Shown here in pieces: positions 30,803-41,169 of a stretch of 52,332 nt of DNA. The stretch is from positions 43,363-95,694 of the forward strand of contig DGKJ01000051.1 of assembly GCA_002387735.1 (NCBI GenBank). Reading direction: 5' to 3'. This DNA comes from Bacteriovoracaceae bacterium UBA4573. GTDB taxonomy: Bacteria; Bdellovibrionota; UBA1018; UBA923. The stretch's first letter is position 1. The number at the start of each line of letters is the position of its first letter. Below the pieces are notes generated by a model that worked only from the letters and a program-made list of their open reading frames with translations, was not told the DNA's origin and did no database searches. Both the position numbers and the translations under genes were made by a program.

Positions 30803-31213
30803 CTACGCTATTTTTCGTTTCGGTGCGTTTTTTCGAATATAGCTGATTACTTCTTCTAGACTCGCACCCGGAGTATAAATCATGTGTACGCCTATTTTTT
30901 TTAGAGGTGCTATGTCTTCGTCCGGAATAATCCCGCCAACTAGAAACAGTACGTCCTTTGCTCCGGCTTTTTTTACGCCTTTGATCACATCGGGTACCAA
31001 CGCATTATGAGCTCCGGAAAGAATGCTCAACCCTACGACGTGAACATCCTCTTCAATAGCAGCGTTCACTATCATTTCGGTAGTTTGGTGAAGTCCCGTA
31101 TAAATTACCTCAAACCCTGCATCCCGCAGCGCCCGAGCAATGACTTTTGCGCCACGATCATGTCCATCAAGTCCGGGTTTAGCCACTAGTACCCGTATTT
31201 TTTCTTCTTTCAT
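30803..31213 (-). CDS. icmB: Acyl-CoA mutase small (cobalamin-binding) subunit, IcmB-like
   Basis: [10 protein letters not shown] (DxHxxG), [15 protein letters not shown]. Confidence 0.85.
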   Translation of the reverse strand: MKEEKIRVLVAKPGLDGHDRGAKVIARALRDAGFEVIYTGLHQTTEMIVNAAIEEDVHVVGLSILSGAHNALVPDVIKGVKKAGAKDVLFLVGGIIPDEDIAPLKKIGVHMIYTPGASLEEVISYIRKNAPKRKIA

Positions 31214-31222
31214 GTTTTCCCC

Positions 31223-32893
31223 TTAATACATGCCTGGATCGCGATATTGACCGAACACTTTGCGCAACACATCGCACATTTCTTGAACCGTGCAGTAATT
31301 TTTCACGCACTCGACCAAGAACGGCATTGTATTTTCGCTACCTCTTGCTGCGCGGTCTAAGGCAATTAGAGACGTTTCTACTTTCGAAGTATTTCTCTTC
31401 TTCTTTATATCTGCTATGCGTGCGCACTGCCTTTGTTCTGCAGTCTTATCAATGTAAAGCACATCGATTGATCGACTCTTTTCTTCTTGCTGGTAACGAT
31501 TGACACCTACCATTACTTTGTCCTTCGTTTCGAGTTGACGCTGAAAGTGATATGCAGCATTAGCAATTTCCGCTTGAGGAAACCCCTTTTCAATGGCCGC
31601 CAACATTCCGCCCAATTGATCAATTCGATCGATATACGCTGAGGCTTCTTTTTCCACCTTATTAGTGAGCCACTCCACAAAATAACTGCAACCAAGAGGG
31701 TCGATCACGTTCGCTACACCGGATTCCTCTGCAATAATTTGTTGAGTCCTTAAAGCAACCATAACTGCTTGCTCGGTCGGAAGCGCCAATGTTTCGTCCA
31801 TCGAATTGGTGTGTAATGAGTTCGTGCCACCGAGAACTGCGGCGAGTGCTTGGATCGTCACTCTAGAAATATTGTTCATCGGTTGTTGAGCGGTAAGCGA
31901 CACTCCGGCGGTTTGCGCGTGTGTTCTTAACATCCACGATTTCGGATTTTTCGCCTTAAAGCGATCACGCATAATATGGGCCCACATCCTTCGCCCCGCG
32001 CGAAACTTGGCTATTTCCTCAAAAAAGTCATTATGAACATCCCAAAAATATGAGAGTCTCGGTGCGAAATCGTCGACATCCAGCCCGCGTTCGATACCAG
32101 CCTGCACATAGGCAATACCGTCGGCAATCGTAAAAGCAAGCTCCTGTACCGCCGTCGCGCCAGCCTCTCTTATGTGATATCCACTGATAGAAATCGTATT
32201 CCAGTTTGGCAGTTCCTTAGTGCAAAATTCCAAGGTGTCAGCTACCAGGCGCATCGATGGCTTCGGCGGGTAAATCCATTCCTTTTGCGCAATGTACTCT
32301 TTCAAAATATCATTCTGCAGAGTTCCTCGAATTTTTTCGCGGGGCACTCCTTTTTTTTCTGCGACCGCCACATACATGGCGAGCAACATCGGAGCAGGCG
32401 AATTAATCGTCATGCTCGTAGTGATTTCATCAAGAGGAATGCCGTCAAAGAGCGTTTCCATGTCTGCCAGCGTGTCTACGGCAACACCGCACTTGCCTAC
32501 TTCGCCTTTACTTTGGGGACTATCGCTGTCGTACCCCATAAGTGTTGGCATATGAAACGCTACGCTAAGTCCCGCCTGTCCACTAGCCAACAACATTTTG
32601 TAACGCTTATTTGTATCTTCTGCCGTACCAAATCCGGAAAACTGCCGCATCGTCCATAACTTTCCGCGATACATGTTAGTCTGAACACCGCGGGTGTACG
32701 GAAACTCTCCTGGAAAGCCAAGGTCTCGCAGGTAATCTAAGTCTTTAATTTCTTCGGGCGTGTACAGCGCTTGTGGGATTTCTAAATCGCTTACCGTTGA
32801 AAACCGCCGACGAATCGGTGGGTGCTTTTCTTCGTGAAGCCCTAATTTCTTTTTCCATTCACCATAGGCCGTTTTAAAATCTCCACTCGCCAT
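31223..32893 (-). CDS. icmA: B12-dependent acyl-CoA mutase large subunit, isobutyryl-CoA mutase type
   Basis: PGEFPYTRG; [10 protein letters not shown] (Phe, not Tyr); KEYIAQKEW (Gln, not Arg); [11 protein letters not shown]. Confidence 0.8.
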   Translation of the reverse strand: MASGDFKTAYGEWKKKLGLHEEKHPPIRRRFSTVSDLEIPQALYTPEEIKDLDYLRDLGFPGEFPYTRGVQTNMYRGKLWTMRQFSGFGTAEDTNKRYKMLLASGQAGLSVAFHMPTLMGYDSDSPQSKGEVGKCGVAVDTLADMETLFDGIPLDEITTSMTINSPAPMLLAMYVAVAEKKGVPREKIRGTLQNDILKEYIAQKEWIYPPKPSMRLVADTLEFCTKELPNWNTISISGYHIREAGATAVQELAFTIADGIAYVQAGIERGLDVDDFAPRLSYFWDVHNDFFEEIAKFRAGRRMWAHIMRDRFKAKNPKSWMLRTHAQTAGVSLTAQQPMNNISRVTIQALAAVLGGTNSLHTNSMDETLALPTEQAVMVALRTQQIIAEESGVANVIDPLGCSYFVEWLTNKVEKEASAYIDRIDQLGGMLAAIEKGFPQAEIANAAYHFQRQLETKDKVMVGVNRYQQEEKSRSIDVLYIDKTAEQRQCARIADIKKKRNTSKVETSLIALDRAARGSENTMPFLVECVKNYCTVQEMCDVLRKVFGQYRDPGMY

Positions 32894-32904
32894 ATTGTCC
32901 CTCT

Positions 32905-34050
32905 TTAATCTGAAAGTTCTATCGAACCGATAACGATACGTTGAATTTCAGAAGTTCCTTCGTAAATTTCCGTAATTTTGGCATCACGAAAGTGACGTTC
33001 GACGGGGTATTCTTTACAATATCCGTACCCGCCATGAAGCTGTATCGCTTTGGTTGTTAACCACATGCACATTTCAGATGCATACAACTTTGCCATCGCT
33101 GCCTCTTGGGTATACCGCTCTCCGGTGTCCCGCTTTCGGGCCGCACGGTAGGTTAGCAGTTTTGCCGCGTGCAAACGGGTCGACATATCCGCTACCGTCC
33201 ACTGTATCCCTTGCAGTTTCGCTATCGGATTACCAAATGCTTGTCGTTCTCTAACAAAGTTTTTAGCTGCTTCTAGTGCTGCTACTGCAATTCCCAGGGC
33301 TTGCGCTGCGATACCAATGCGACCGCCATCTAATGTGTTCATCGCGATCTTGAATCCTTCGCCTTCTTTTCCAAGAAGATTAGCAGCCGGCACTTTTACG
33401 TTATCCAAATGCAATTGCGCCGTGCTGGACCCCGTAATTCCTAATTTATCTTCCAATTTACCTACGGAATAACCGGCAAACCCTCGCTCAACAATAAAGG
33501 CGCTGACTCCCTTGTGACCTTTCGCAGGGTCCATTGTGGCAAATAAAATGCACGTTTCAGCTTCCTTACCGTTGGTAATAAAATTCTTTGTGCCATTCAA
33601 AATATAAAAATCACCGTCTTTTTTTGCGGTAGTTCTCAAAGCGGCAGCGTCACTTCCGTTTCCTGGCTCTGACAATGCAAAACAGCCGAGTTTTTTCCCT
33701 TGAGCCAAAGGCACTAAATATTTCTTCTTCTGCTCTTCGCTTCCGAATTTTAGTAACGGCGAACAAACAAGAGAGTTGTTTACCGACATAATCACGCCAG
33801 TCGAAGCACATCCCGCGCATACTTCTTCCAACGCCAGAATATAAGACAAAGTATCTAACCCTGCTCCGCCATATTCTTCTGGAACATACATGCCCATGAA
33901 ACCCATATTCCCTAGTTCTTTAACCAACTCTGTTGGAAATCTGCCTGTTTCATCTATTTCTTTGGCTTTCGGTTGAATTTCTTTTTTTGCAAATTCACGA
34001 GCGGCATTTCTAATTGCAATGTGTTGCTCTTCTAAAAATAAATCTTCCAT
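32905..34050 (-). CDS. bcd: Short-chain (butyryl-CoA type) acyl-CoA dehydrogenase
   Basis: [53 protein letters not shown]; GGGAG SD. Confidence 0.9.
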   Translation of the reverse strand: MEDLFLEEQHIAIRNAAREFAKKEIQPKAKEIDETGRFPTELVKELGNMGFMGMYVPEEYGGAGLDTLSYILALEEVCAGCASTGVIMSVNNSLVCSPLLKFGSEEQKKKYLVPLAQGKKLGCFALSEPGNGSDAAALRTTAKKDGDFYILNGTKNFITNGKEAETCILFATMDPAKGHKGVSAFIVERGFAGYSVGKLEDKLGITGSSTAQLHLDNVKVPAANLLGKEGEGFKIAMNTLDGGRIGIAAQALGIAVAALEAAKNFVRERQAFGNPIAKLQGIQWTVADMSTRLHAAKLLTYRAARKRDTGERYTQEAAMAKLYASEMCMWLTTKAIQLHGGYGYCKEYPVERHFRDAKITEIYEGTSEIQRIVIGSIELSD

Positions 34051-34052
34051 AG

Positions 34053-34835
34053 TCAAACTCCCTTAAATTTAGGTGCGCGTTTCTCAAGAAACGCCGTCGT
34101 GCCTTCTATTTGATCGCCGGTGCCAAATATGTCTCTAAAATGTCTTGCCTCAATGTCTAACCCATCTTTTGCCGTCGCGCTCTCGCCCGACAACCTAATG
34201 CTCGCCTTAGCCGACCTTACCGCTGTGACTGAGTTCCTAATAATTTCATTTCCTAACACCACGGCTTCATCAATTAATTTTTCTCTGGCCACCACTTTAT
34301 TAGTCAAACCTATCGACAAGGCTTCAGCCGCTGTAATTTTTCTTCCGGTAAAAATTAGTTCCTTCGCTTTAGCGAGTCCAACCCATCTCGCTAATCGCAC
34401 TGTTCCACCAAAACCGGGAATTAAACCGAGGCTCACTTCTGGCAATCCAAATACTGCGGTATCCGACGCAACTACCATGTCGCAGCTAATCGCCATTTCG
34501 CACCCGCCCCCTAGTGCAAAGCCATTTACCGCGGCAATGACTGGACAGGGAAACTCCTCTAGCATCATGGAAACTCGTTGACCTAGTTTTCCGAATTCCG
34601 CGGCGTTTTGCCCGGACATTCCATGCATTTCTGAGATATCCGCACCCGCAATGAAAGCCTTTTCGCCGGATCCAGTGATTACTAGGACTTTCGAAGCCCG
34701 CAGTTCCGTATCTGCCAGAATTTTTTCCCACTCTAATAGCAGCGCGCGATTTAATGCATTAAGTGCTTTTGGCCGATTAATTCTTAGAACAACAACTTCG
34801 CCAATTCGTTCAATAATAAAGTTTTCGTAGTTCAA
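34053..34835 (-). CDS. crt: Enoyl-CoA hydratase (crotonase)
   Basis: NRPKALNAL, FIAGADI, GFALGGGCE, GLPEVSLGLIPGFGG; TTG at 34835 gives MNYENF, 4 nt after the hbd stop. Confidence 0.9.
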   Translation of the reverse strand: MNYENFIIERIGEVVVLRINRPKALNALNRALLLEWEKILADTELRASKVLVITGSGEKAFIAGADISEMHGMSGQNAAEFGKLGQRVSMMLEEFPCPVIAAVNGFALGGGCEMAISCDMVVASDTAVFGLPEVSLGLIPGFGGTVRLARWVGLAKAKELIFTGRKITAAEALSIGLTNKVVAREKLIDEAVVLGNEIIRNSVTAVRSAKASIRLSGESATAKDGLDIEARHFRDIFGTGDQIEGTTAFLEKRAPKFKGV

Positions 34836-34839
34836 ACAA

Positions 34840-35706
34840 TCAGCTTTCGTATTTATAGAAGCCGTGGCCAACTTTTTTACCTACTAGCCCCGCCGACACA
34901 TATTGTTTCAAAAGTGGGCAGGGTCGATACTTAGGGTCGCCGAGCCCTTCGTGTAATACATTGAGAATCGCGAGACAGGTATCGAGTCCAATAAAATCAG
35001 CCAATGCAAGCGGACCCATAGGCTGATTGGTGCCAAGCTTCATCGCATTATCGATGTCTTCGGCTTTTGCGATACCTTCGTAAAGCGCATAACAAGCTTC
35101 GTTAATCATCGGCATTAATATTCTGTTAACAACGAAACCTGGAAAATCTTTAGATTCTACACAAGTTTTTCCCATTTGTTCCCCGACTTGTTTGACACTT
35201 GAAAATGTCGCGTCGGACGTACGAAGCCCGCGAATAACCTCTACAAGCTTCATAATTGGAACGGGATTCATAAAATGCATACCTATCACTCGATCTGGGC
35301 GCCGTGTATGCGCGGCAATTGCTGTAATCGAAATAGACGAGGTATTAGACGCTAAGATCGCCTCTTCTTTACAGATTGAATCGACTTTTCTAAATATTTC
35401 GAACTTCAACTCTGGTTTTTCAACAACAGCCTCAACCACTAAGTCAGCCCGCGAAAGCTCTTCTAAATGCTGTGTAAACTGAATGCGCCCCAGGGCCGCC
35501 TTAGCCTCTTCGGCGCTAATCTTCGATTTTTCGACTAGTTTTCCAAGACTGTTTTCAATTCGAGCTCGAGCTCTAGTTAGGGACTCATTTGCAACGTCCT
35601 GCAGAACGATACCTAAGCCACTTGCAGCACCAACTTGTGCAATACCCGAACCCATTTGACCCGCGCCAACAACGCCGATCACTTGTATTTTAGATTTTGT
35701 TGTCAT
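34840..35706 (-). CDS. hbd: 3-hydroxybutyryl-CoA dehydrogenase
   Basis: VVGAGQMGSGIA, VEAVVE, SNTSS, GMHFMNP, PGFVVNR, PMGPLALADFIGLD. Confidence 0.93.
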   Translation of the reverse strand: MTTKSKIQVIGVVGAGQMGSGIAQVGAASGLGIVLQDVANESLTRARARIENSLGKLVEKSKISAEEAKAALGRIQFTQHLEELSRADLVVEAVVEKPELKFEIFRKVDSICKEEAILASNTSSISITAIAAHTRRPDRVIGMHFMNPVPIMKLVEVIRGLRTSDATFSSVKQVGEQMGKTCVESKDFPGFVVNRILMPMINEACYALYEGIAKAEDIDNAMKLGTNQPMGPLALADFIGLDTCLAILNVLHEGLGDPKYRPCPLLKQYVSAGLVGKKVGHGFYKYES

Positions 35707-35712
35707 GGGCGA

Positions 35713-35741
35713 ACTGTAGCGCCGGGAGCGCGGCATTTCAA
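35713..35741 (-). promoter_or_regulatory. Putative leaderless sigma70 promoter of hbd-crt-bcd-icmAB
   Basis: Minus strand TTGAAA-17 nt-TACAGT-6 nt-ATG; no SD; fills the 36-nt gap after mnmE. Confidence 0.6.
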
Positions 35742-35742
35742 C

Positions 35743-37137
35743 CTATTTGCCGATGCAAAACTCACTGAAAATCTTTGTCAAAACCGTATCGGGAGTGGTC
35801 TCGCCGATCACGTTTTCCAATGCCTGCGCGGCAATGCGTAATTCGGCACTTACAAGTTCTGGATCCCTAAGGCCTCGAGTTTTTACGAGTGTGCAAGCTT
35901 CCAATACAGCTTTCTGAAACCGCACAAGCATATCTAATTGATACTCTGTGGCTAGGAAGCCCGACTTCGCATCTCCATGATTCGCATCTAACACCGTGCG
36001 AATAGCTTCAAACAACTCTAAAAGACCCGTACCGCTTTTCGCGCTGACAAATACTACCGGCTCAATACCCACCAATTCACTTCTAATTCGGGCGGTGTTC
36101 TCGGGCGTCATTAAATCGGCCTTGGTAACAACGACAATGGAGTTATTTTTCTTGGGAAGAACACAAAGTTCTTTTAGGGCATCCACCGACACACTTGTTC
36201 CGTCGTAAATATGCAGCACTATTTCCGCAGCACTTGCCAGCATTAGCGCTCGCTCAACACCTGTAGCTTCAATTACCTCGCTAGTACCTCGGATACCCGC
36301 AGTGTCTGCCAACCTCAGCCGGTAGGGCCCAACTAGCAGTTCTTCAGTAATAATGTCTCGAGTAGTTCCTGCAATGGGCGAAACAATCGCTCGATCCTCT
36401 GCAAGCATTGCATTAAACAAAGTAGATTTCCCCGCATTTGGTTCCCCAAGAAGCACAACTTCAAATCCTTGCGCCACCCTTCTCGCGGAGTTCACCTTTT
36501 TTATGATCCGGTCGCAGCTAGTAATTACTTCGTTAGCCTTATCTAGAATAAACTCCGAAGTGGTCACTTCGACATCCTGATCTACAAAATCAATTGAGAG
36601 TTCCACTTTCGTTAACAAATCCCTAACGATGTCTCCCATTTTTCGAATGTCTGCCATTCGGTCATTCGAAAGCGTGTTGCGAGCAACTTTAACTTCCAAA
36701 TCGGACCTGGCGCTTATCATCTTTTGCAAAGCGCTGGCGCCGCTTAAGGAAAGTTTGCCGTTTCTAACTGCCTGAAAGGAAAACTCTCCCGGCAGGGCTA
36801 ATCGACATAACCCTGTTGAAAGCGCTTCCTGCAAGACGGCCTGAAGCACGTGTCGACCGCCATGGAGTTGCAGCTCCACAACCTCTTCCCCAGTAAATGA
36901 AGCCCCAGCTCGAAAATAAACGGAAAGTCCGTCGTCAAGCACTTCTCCAGTTGCCATTTTACAAATTTGAATGCGGTGCAAATAGCGCGCGGGTTCTGAT
37001 TTAAAATTTGGATCCAACTTTAAAGCGACCGCTTTGGCATTTTTACCGGAAACACGAATAATCCCCACTCCGGCGTCAGCGGCCAGACTCGTTGCAACTG
37101 CAATTATGGTATCATCCGAAAAATAGCTTCCTGCCAT
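35743..37137 (-). CDS. mnmE: tRNA modification GTPase MnmE (TrmE)
   Basis: DTIIAVAT, SFTGEEVVELQLHG, GEPNAGKS, GTTRD, DTAG, C-terminal FCIGK. Confidence 0.97.
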   Translation of the reverse strand: MAGSYFSDDTIIAVATSLAADAGVGIIRVSGKNAKAVALKLDPNFKSEPARYLHRIQICKMATGEVLDDGLSVYFRAGASFTGEEVVELQLHGGRHVLQAVLQEALSTGLCRLALPGEFSFQAVRNGKLSLSGASALQKMISARSDLEVKVARNTLSNDRMADIRKMGDIVRDLLTKVELSIDFVDQDVEVTTSEFILDKANEVITSCDRIIKKVNSARRVAQGFEVVLLGEPNAGKSTLFNAMLAEDRAIVSPIAGTTRDIITEELLVGPYRLRLADTAGIRGTSEVIEATGVERALMLASAAEIVLHIYDGTSVSVDALKELCVLPKKNNSIVVVTKADLMTPENTARIRSELVGIEPVVFVSAKSGTGLLELFEAIRTVLDANHGDAKSGFLATEYQLDMLVRFQKAVLEACTLVKTRGLRDPELVSAELRIAAQALENVIGETTPDTVLTKIFSEFCIGK

Positions 37138-37158
37138 AGTTACTTCTTAAATTTCGTA

Positions 37159-38736
37159 CTACGAAACCACGACCGGCGTTTGTTCCTTCGCGTTAAGGAT
37201 TCGTAGTATAACCACCTGTTGAGCAATACTTACGACACTGTTAACCAACATATACAGCGTAAGTCCGGCGGGTAAAAACGCCATCATAGCCCCGAAAATC
37301 AACGGCATAAGTTGCATCATTTTTTGTTGGGCTGGGTCCATGGGTGCAGCTGTCGGTGTAATTTTTTGTTGCAAAAACATTAACAAAGTTAACACGATCG
37401 GAGTCACAAAGTATGGATCGCGGGCAGCCAAATCTGTGATCCAACCAAAGAATGGCTGGCGATATAAATCGAACGCTCCATAAAGAACATTGTAGAGCGC
37501 TATGAATACCGGCATTTGTAACAACATCGGCATACAGCCACTCATTGGGTTGTACCCATTAGACTGCATCAGCTTCAGGGTTTCCTGATTCATTCGCTGC
37601 CGATCGTCTTTGTATTTTTCTTGGAGGCGTTTGATTTGCGGTTGAATTCGCTGCATCTCTTTCATGCCCTTCATGGACTTGTAAGTCAGAGGATACAAAA
37701 TCATTTTTATAGCTATAGTTAACAAAATGATCGCAACACCGAAGTTTCCAAAAATCGTGTGCAACCATTTCAGGGCCTGAAGCATTGGGTATGCAATTAC
37801 GGTAAACCAACCAAAGTCCACTGCAAGATCCAACTTGTTCCCTACTTTTTTCAGGGAATCGATTTCTTTTACACCGTAATAATACCGTACTGGTAAATTT
37901 AAACTGGGGCCCGTCAAGCGATATACCAAGCTAGCCGCCACTTCGCCGCTATCTGTGGGTCGTGCCTGAAACTGTGGTTTTGTCGCCGATCCGTTGTCGA
38001 GTATTGCCTTTAGAAAATAACGCGAAGAAATTCCGGCCCAATATCCGCCTGCCAAATCTTCCTTAACTTCGCTCATGTCTGAAAGCGCCCACGTCGACAG
38101 GCCATCATCATTTACGAATACGGCTTCTCTTCGTTCATTTTCGCTGTATTCTTTTGCCACGTCTCGCGCGGCACTAATATTTACAAAAAGATAATTGGGA
38201 TAGGTATTTCGAAACTGAAAAGTAGTGTCGTTATCAACGGTGTGTGCGTCGGGATTAAGCACGAATGTTCGCGTTACTGCTACTTTTTCGTCGGAATAAC
38301 TCAGAACTATTTTTCGGGTATCGTCGCCGCTTTTTTCCGACGATTGTACCTTAAAAGGCAGTGAAGCAAGATACATCCATTCCTGCGACGGACTCAAAAT
38401 TTCGAGTTCTTTCTTTCCTCCAATTAACGAGTTCAAATCAACTGCACGCACTGTCTCGCCGCGATTCGATTCAATTTGTGTAATGACTCCGCCGCGAGTG
38501 GCAATTTTTACTTTCATTCCCGCGCCGCCAAGGGTGACGACCTTTTCTTCACTTATTGTCGAATTAGGCGTCGTACTTGTGGTATTGCTCGCAACTCCCT
38601 TTACATTTTCATTAGTAGCTGTCGAAACCACATTCTGTAGTGGTGCACCAACGTGCGGCTTTACGAAAAGTTGCTGCCAAAGCAGAAAAATTCCTGCGCA
38701 CAAAGCGACAACCAAAAACATTCTCTTATTTTCCAT
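37159..38736 (-). CDS. yidC: Membrane protein insertase YidC
   Basis: VDFGWF, GNFGVAIILLT, NPMSGCMPMLLQMP, WITDLAARDP. Confidence 0.97.
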   Translation of the reverse strand: MENKRMFLVVALCAGIFLLWQQLFVKPHVGAPLQNVVSTATNENVKGVASNTTSTTPNSTISEEKVVTLGGAGMKVKIATRGGVITQIESNRGETVRAVDLNSLIGGKKELEILSPSQEWMYLASLPFKVQSSEKSGDDTRKIVLSYSDEKVAVTRTFVLNPDAHTVDNDTTFQFRNTYPNYLFVNISAARDVAKEYSENERREAVFVNDDGLSTWALSDMSEVKEDLAGGYWAGISSRYFLKAILDNGSATKPQFQARPTDSGEVAASLVYRLTGPSLNLPVRYYYGVKEIDSLKKVGNKLDLAVDFGWFTVIAYPMLQALKWLHTIFGNFGVAIILLTIAIKMILYPLTYKSMKGMKEMQRIQPQIKRLQEKYKDDRQRMNQETLKLMQSNGYNPMSGCMPMLLQMPVFIALYNVLYGAFDLYRQPFFGWITDLAARDPYFVTPIVLTLLMFLQQKITPTAAPMDPAQQKMMQLMPLIFGAMMAFLPAGLTLYMLVNSVVSIAQQVVILRILNAKEQTPVVVS

Positions 38737-38977
38737 AAATTCCCTCTCGCTTGACTTCGCCCCGAAACGTAAACCAGGGGTTGCAGGACAATAACCTCAA
38801 CAAAATCTGTGGCAACGCGCGGATCGCGCCATTTCTTCGTACGGCTTTTTCCGCAAACTGACTGCACGTTACTTCGTATCGACAATTAGCTCCAAAAATG
38901 ACCGAAAAAAAAGGCGAAAACACCACTTGGTAGAATCGAATTAGAACTAAAACGGGCAAAGACACTATATCTTTCAT
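38726..38977 (-). CDS. yidD: Membrane protein insertion efficiency factor YidD
   Basis: LIRFYQ..SP, CRYEVTCS, RLLSCNPW; ATGA overlap with the rnpA stop. Confidence 0.9.
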   Translation of the reverse strand: MKDIVSLPVLVLIRFYQVVFSPFFSVIFGANCRYEVTCSQFAEKAVRRNGAIRALPQILLRLLSCNPWFTFRGEVKREGIYGK

Positions 38978-39336
38978 ACTCCGCCCCGCCATTGAGTTAG
39001 ATCTTTCTTGAGCCGATCGATGTAGCTTTTAACAAGATTCACAGGGGGTTTTACAACTATATTTAAGTCGATATTTCCGAGCATGTCCTTGTGCAAACGA
39101 AACCATTCTCGAATTGTTCTTTTAATTCGGAAACGCCACACAGAGGAAACCTTGCCCTTAATGGTAATACCTAAACGTGACCGGCCGGTTTCACTGTCTT
39201 TGAAAAAAGCCAGAAACGTACCACCGCGATGCACACCCGGTTCATCAAACAACCGAATAAATTCTTTTCGTTGAGTGAGGCGTTCCGACCTGGCAAATGA
39301 ATTCTTTTTTTTCACCGACAAGCGAGCGTCGCGCAA
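38974..39336 (-). CDS. rnpA: RNase P protein component
   Basis: ERLTQRKEF, RLGITI, RFRIKRTIREWFR; between rpmH and yidD; start uncertain. Confidence 0.88.
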   Translation of the reverse strand: MRDARLSVKKKNSFARSERLTQRKEFIRLFDEPGVHRGGTFLAFFKDSETGRSRLGITIKGKVSSVWRFRIKRTIREWFRLHKDMLGNIDLNIVVKPPVNLVKSYIDRLKKDLTQWRGGV

Positions 39337-39338
39337 AT

Positions 39339-39488
39339 TTATTTACGGGAAGTAGTAGGCGCTAAGCGCTTGCGACCTTTTCGGCGGCGACGGTTTAACA
39401 CCTTCGCTCCATTCGACGTGCTCATGCGCGCCAAAAAGCCGTGCGTACGGCGACGTTTCTTCCGACTTGGTTGAAGTGTTCTTTTCAT
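39339..39488 (-). CDS. rpmH: 50S ribosomal protein L34
   Basis: [29 protein letters not shown] (49 aa); the track ORF is over-extended. Confidence 0.96.
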   Translation of the reverse strand: MKRTLQPSRKKRRRTHGFLARMSTSNGAKVLNRRRRKGRKRLAPTTSRK

Positions 39489-39497
39489 AGTGCTGCG

Positions 39498-39526
39498 TTC
39501 ATACGACGCTAGACCGTCCGTGTCAA
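39498..39526 (-). promoter_or_regulatory. Putative sigma70 promoter of the rpmH operon
   Basis: Minus strand TTGACA-17 nt-TATGAA, 9 nt before the ATG. Confidence 0.6.
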
Positions 39527-39534
39527 GAACTCGC

Positions 39535-39549
39535 GCGATACTGTATCGC
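39535..39549. repeat. 15-bp palindrome between the divergent rpmH and dnaA promoters
   Basis: GCGATAC-T-GTATCGC, perfect 7-bp arms. Confidence 0.6.
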
Positions 39550-39606
39550 AGCTTGCCCAAGAACACCTCTTCTGTTATCCCTCTCTTCCTCGTCAATCGG
39601 GGGATT

Positions 39607-41169
39607 ATGTCTAGCCATTCATTCAACTGGGAACAGCTACTTTCGGAAGTTGGCAAAAAAATTCCACCCGCACAGTTTCGTGCATGGCTGGATCCAGTGC
39701 GTTTTCTCGAGCTAACCTCAGAGAGCCTAGTGGTTACGGCGCCCACGCCTTTTAGCAAAGACTGGATAACTGACAATTATAAGACCATTTTTGAGGAGGC
39801 GCTGCTCAGCCTTTACGGGGTACATGCCTCATTAAAGGTGGAAGTCGACTCCGAAATGGGCCTCATTTCAACGACCGACGTTAATGCAGAAAACGATTCG
39901 AATCATATAGTTAAGTCCGGTGAAGGGACAAAACATTTGCATGAAGAAAGTGAGTTGAGTTCCGAAATCGAAACACCACAGTCGAATGAAGCGTCAACGA
40001 ATCCGGGACTCCCTCTTTTTGAATATATAAAGTCGTCGAAGACCAGCGAACCTCGAATTCACACCCGTTACCAAGAGGAACGCCCCGCAAGCAATACCCC
40101 GGTAGCAGCGATCTCAGTAAGAGACCTTACAACCCCGGTCGTTAGAACCCAGGGTCAATCGCTTGACCCGAAACAGACGTTCGATCGGTTTGTAGTTGGT
40201 GCAAGTAACCAGTTTGCCCACGCGGCAGCGCGAGCAGTGGCAGAACAGCCCGCCAGCCAGTACAATCCTCTATTCATATATAGCGGAGCGGGCCTTGGTA
40301 AAACGCACCTACTCCATGCAATTGGTAATTACGTTCTCAAAGTGAACCCGAAAGCTAAGATTTGTTATCTTTCGGCCGAAAAGTTTGTAAACGATCTCAT
40401 TGATTCGATTCGTCACGAAAAAATGAGCCAGTTTCGTTCTAAATACCGCGACGGATTCGACATGCTGTTGATGGACGATATTCAATTCATCGCTGGCAAA
40501 GACCGTACTCAGGAAGAATTTTTTCACACTTTCAACGCACTTCATTCTTCAAAAAGACAAATTGTTGTTACGAGCGATAAGTTTCCTAAAGATATCCCAG
40601 GGCTAGAAGAGCGACTACGTACTAGATTTGAATGGGGTTTAGTGGCGGATATTCAACCGCCCGAAATTGAAACACGAATCGCTATCCTCAAAGCTAAAGC
40701 AGAAATAGATGATATTTTCTTACCAAACGATGTCGCCGTATTTTTGGCTAGTCACATTAAGACAAATGTACGGGAACTTGAAGGCGCGTTGATTCGCATG
40801 GGTGCACAAGCTTCGCTTTCCGGTGTTGAAATTAGTCTTGAACTCGCAAAACGGGAACTTAAGACTATTATCCAGGAACCTTCGCTTTTAATTACCCCAG
40901 ACGTAATCCTGGACGCCGTGGCTTCTCATTTTTCTATTCGATTGGCCGACTTAAAGGGGTCGGTTCGATCTCGAAAAGTGGCTCTTCCTCGTCAAATTGG
41001 TATGTTTTTAATTCGAAAGTACTGCACTCACTCTTTTACTGAAATCGGTCTCCTCTTCGGTGGAAAAGACCATTCAACCGTTATGCACGGCGTAAGATCC
41101 GTAGAAAAATCTCTTTTAAGCGACGCTGAAATCCGAGGCCACGTCGAATCGATTCAAAATTCTCTTTGA
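39607..41169 (+). CDS. dnaA: Chromosomal replication initiator DnaA
   Basis: [49 protein letters not shown]; GGGGG SD before ATG 39607. Confidence 0.98.
   Translation: MSSHSFNWEQLLSEVGKKIPPAQFRAWLDPVRFLELTSESLVVTAPTPFSKDWITDNYKTIFEEALLSLYGVHASLKVEVDSEMGLISTTDVNAENDSNHIVKSGEGTKHLHEESELSSEIETPQSNEASTNPGLPLFEYIKSSKTSEPRIHTRYQEERPASNTPVAAISVRDLTTPVVRTQGQSLDPKQTFDRFVVGASNQFAHAAARAVAEQPASQYNPLFIYSGAGLGKTHLLHAIGNYVLKVNPKAKICYLSAEKFVNDLIDSIRHEKMSQFRSKYRDGFDMLLMDDIQFIAGKDRTQEEFFHTFNALHSSKRQIVVTSDKFPKDIPGLEERLRTRFEWGLVADIQPPEIETRIAILKAKAEIDDIFLPNDVAVFLASHIKTNVRELEGALIRMGAQASLSGVEISLELAKRELKTIIQEPSLLITPDVILDAVASHFSIRLADLKGSVRSRKVALPRQIGMFLIRKYCTHSFTEIGLLFGGKDHSTVMHGVRSVEKSLLSDAEIRGHVESIQNSL

Noticed and set aside
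27275-35742. Cobalamin riboswitch, NrdR box or mobile-element ends around the B12 block
   Set aside because: Most intergenic gaps are too short, and no matching motifs, att-like repeats or transposase were seen.
39489-39776. Extended overlapping N-termini of rpmH (145 aa) and dnaA (559 aa)
   Set aside because: Longest-ORF artefacts; homology begins at 39488 and 39607, with promoter-like elements in between.
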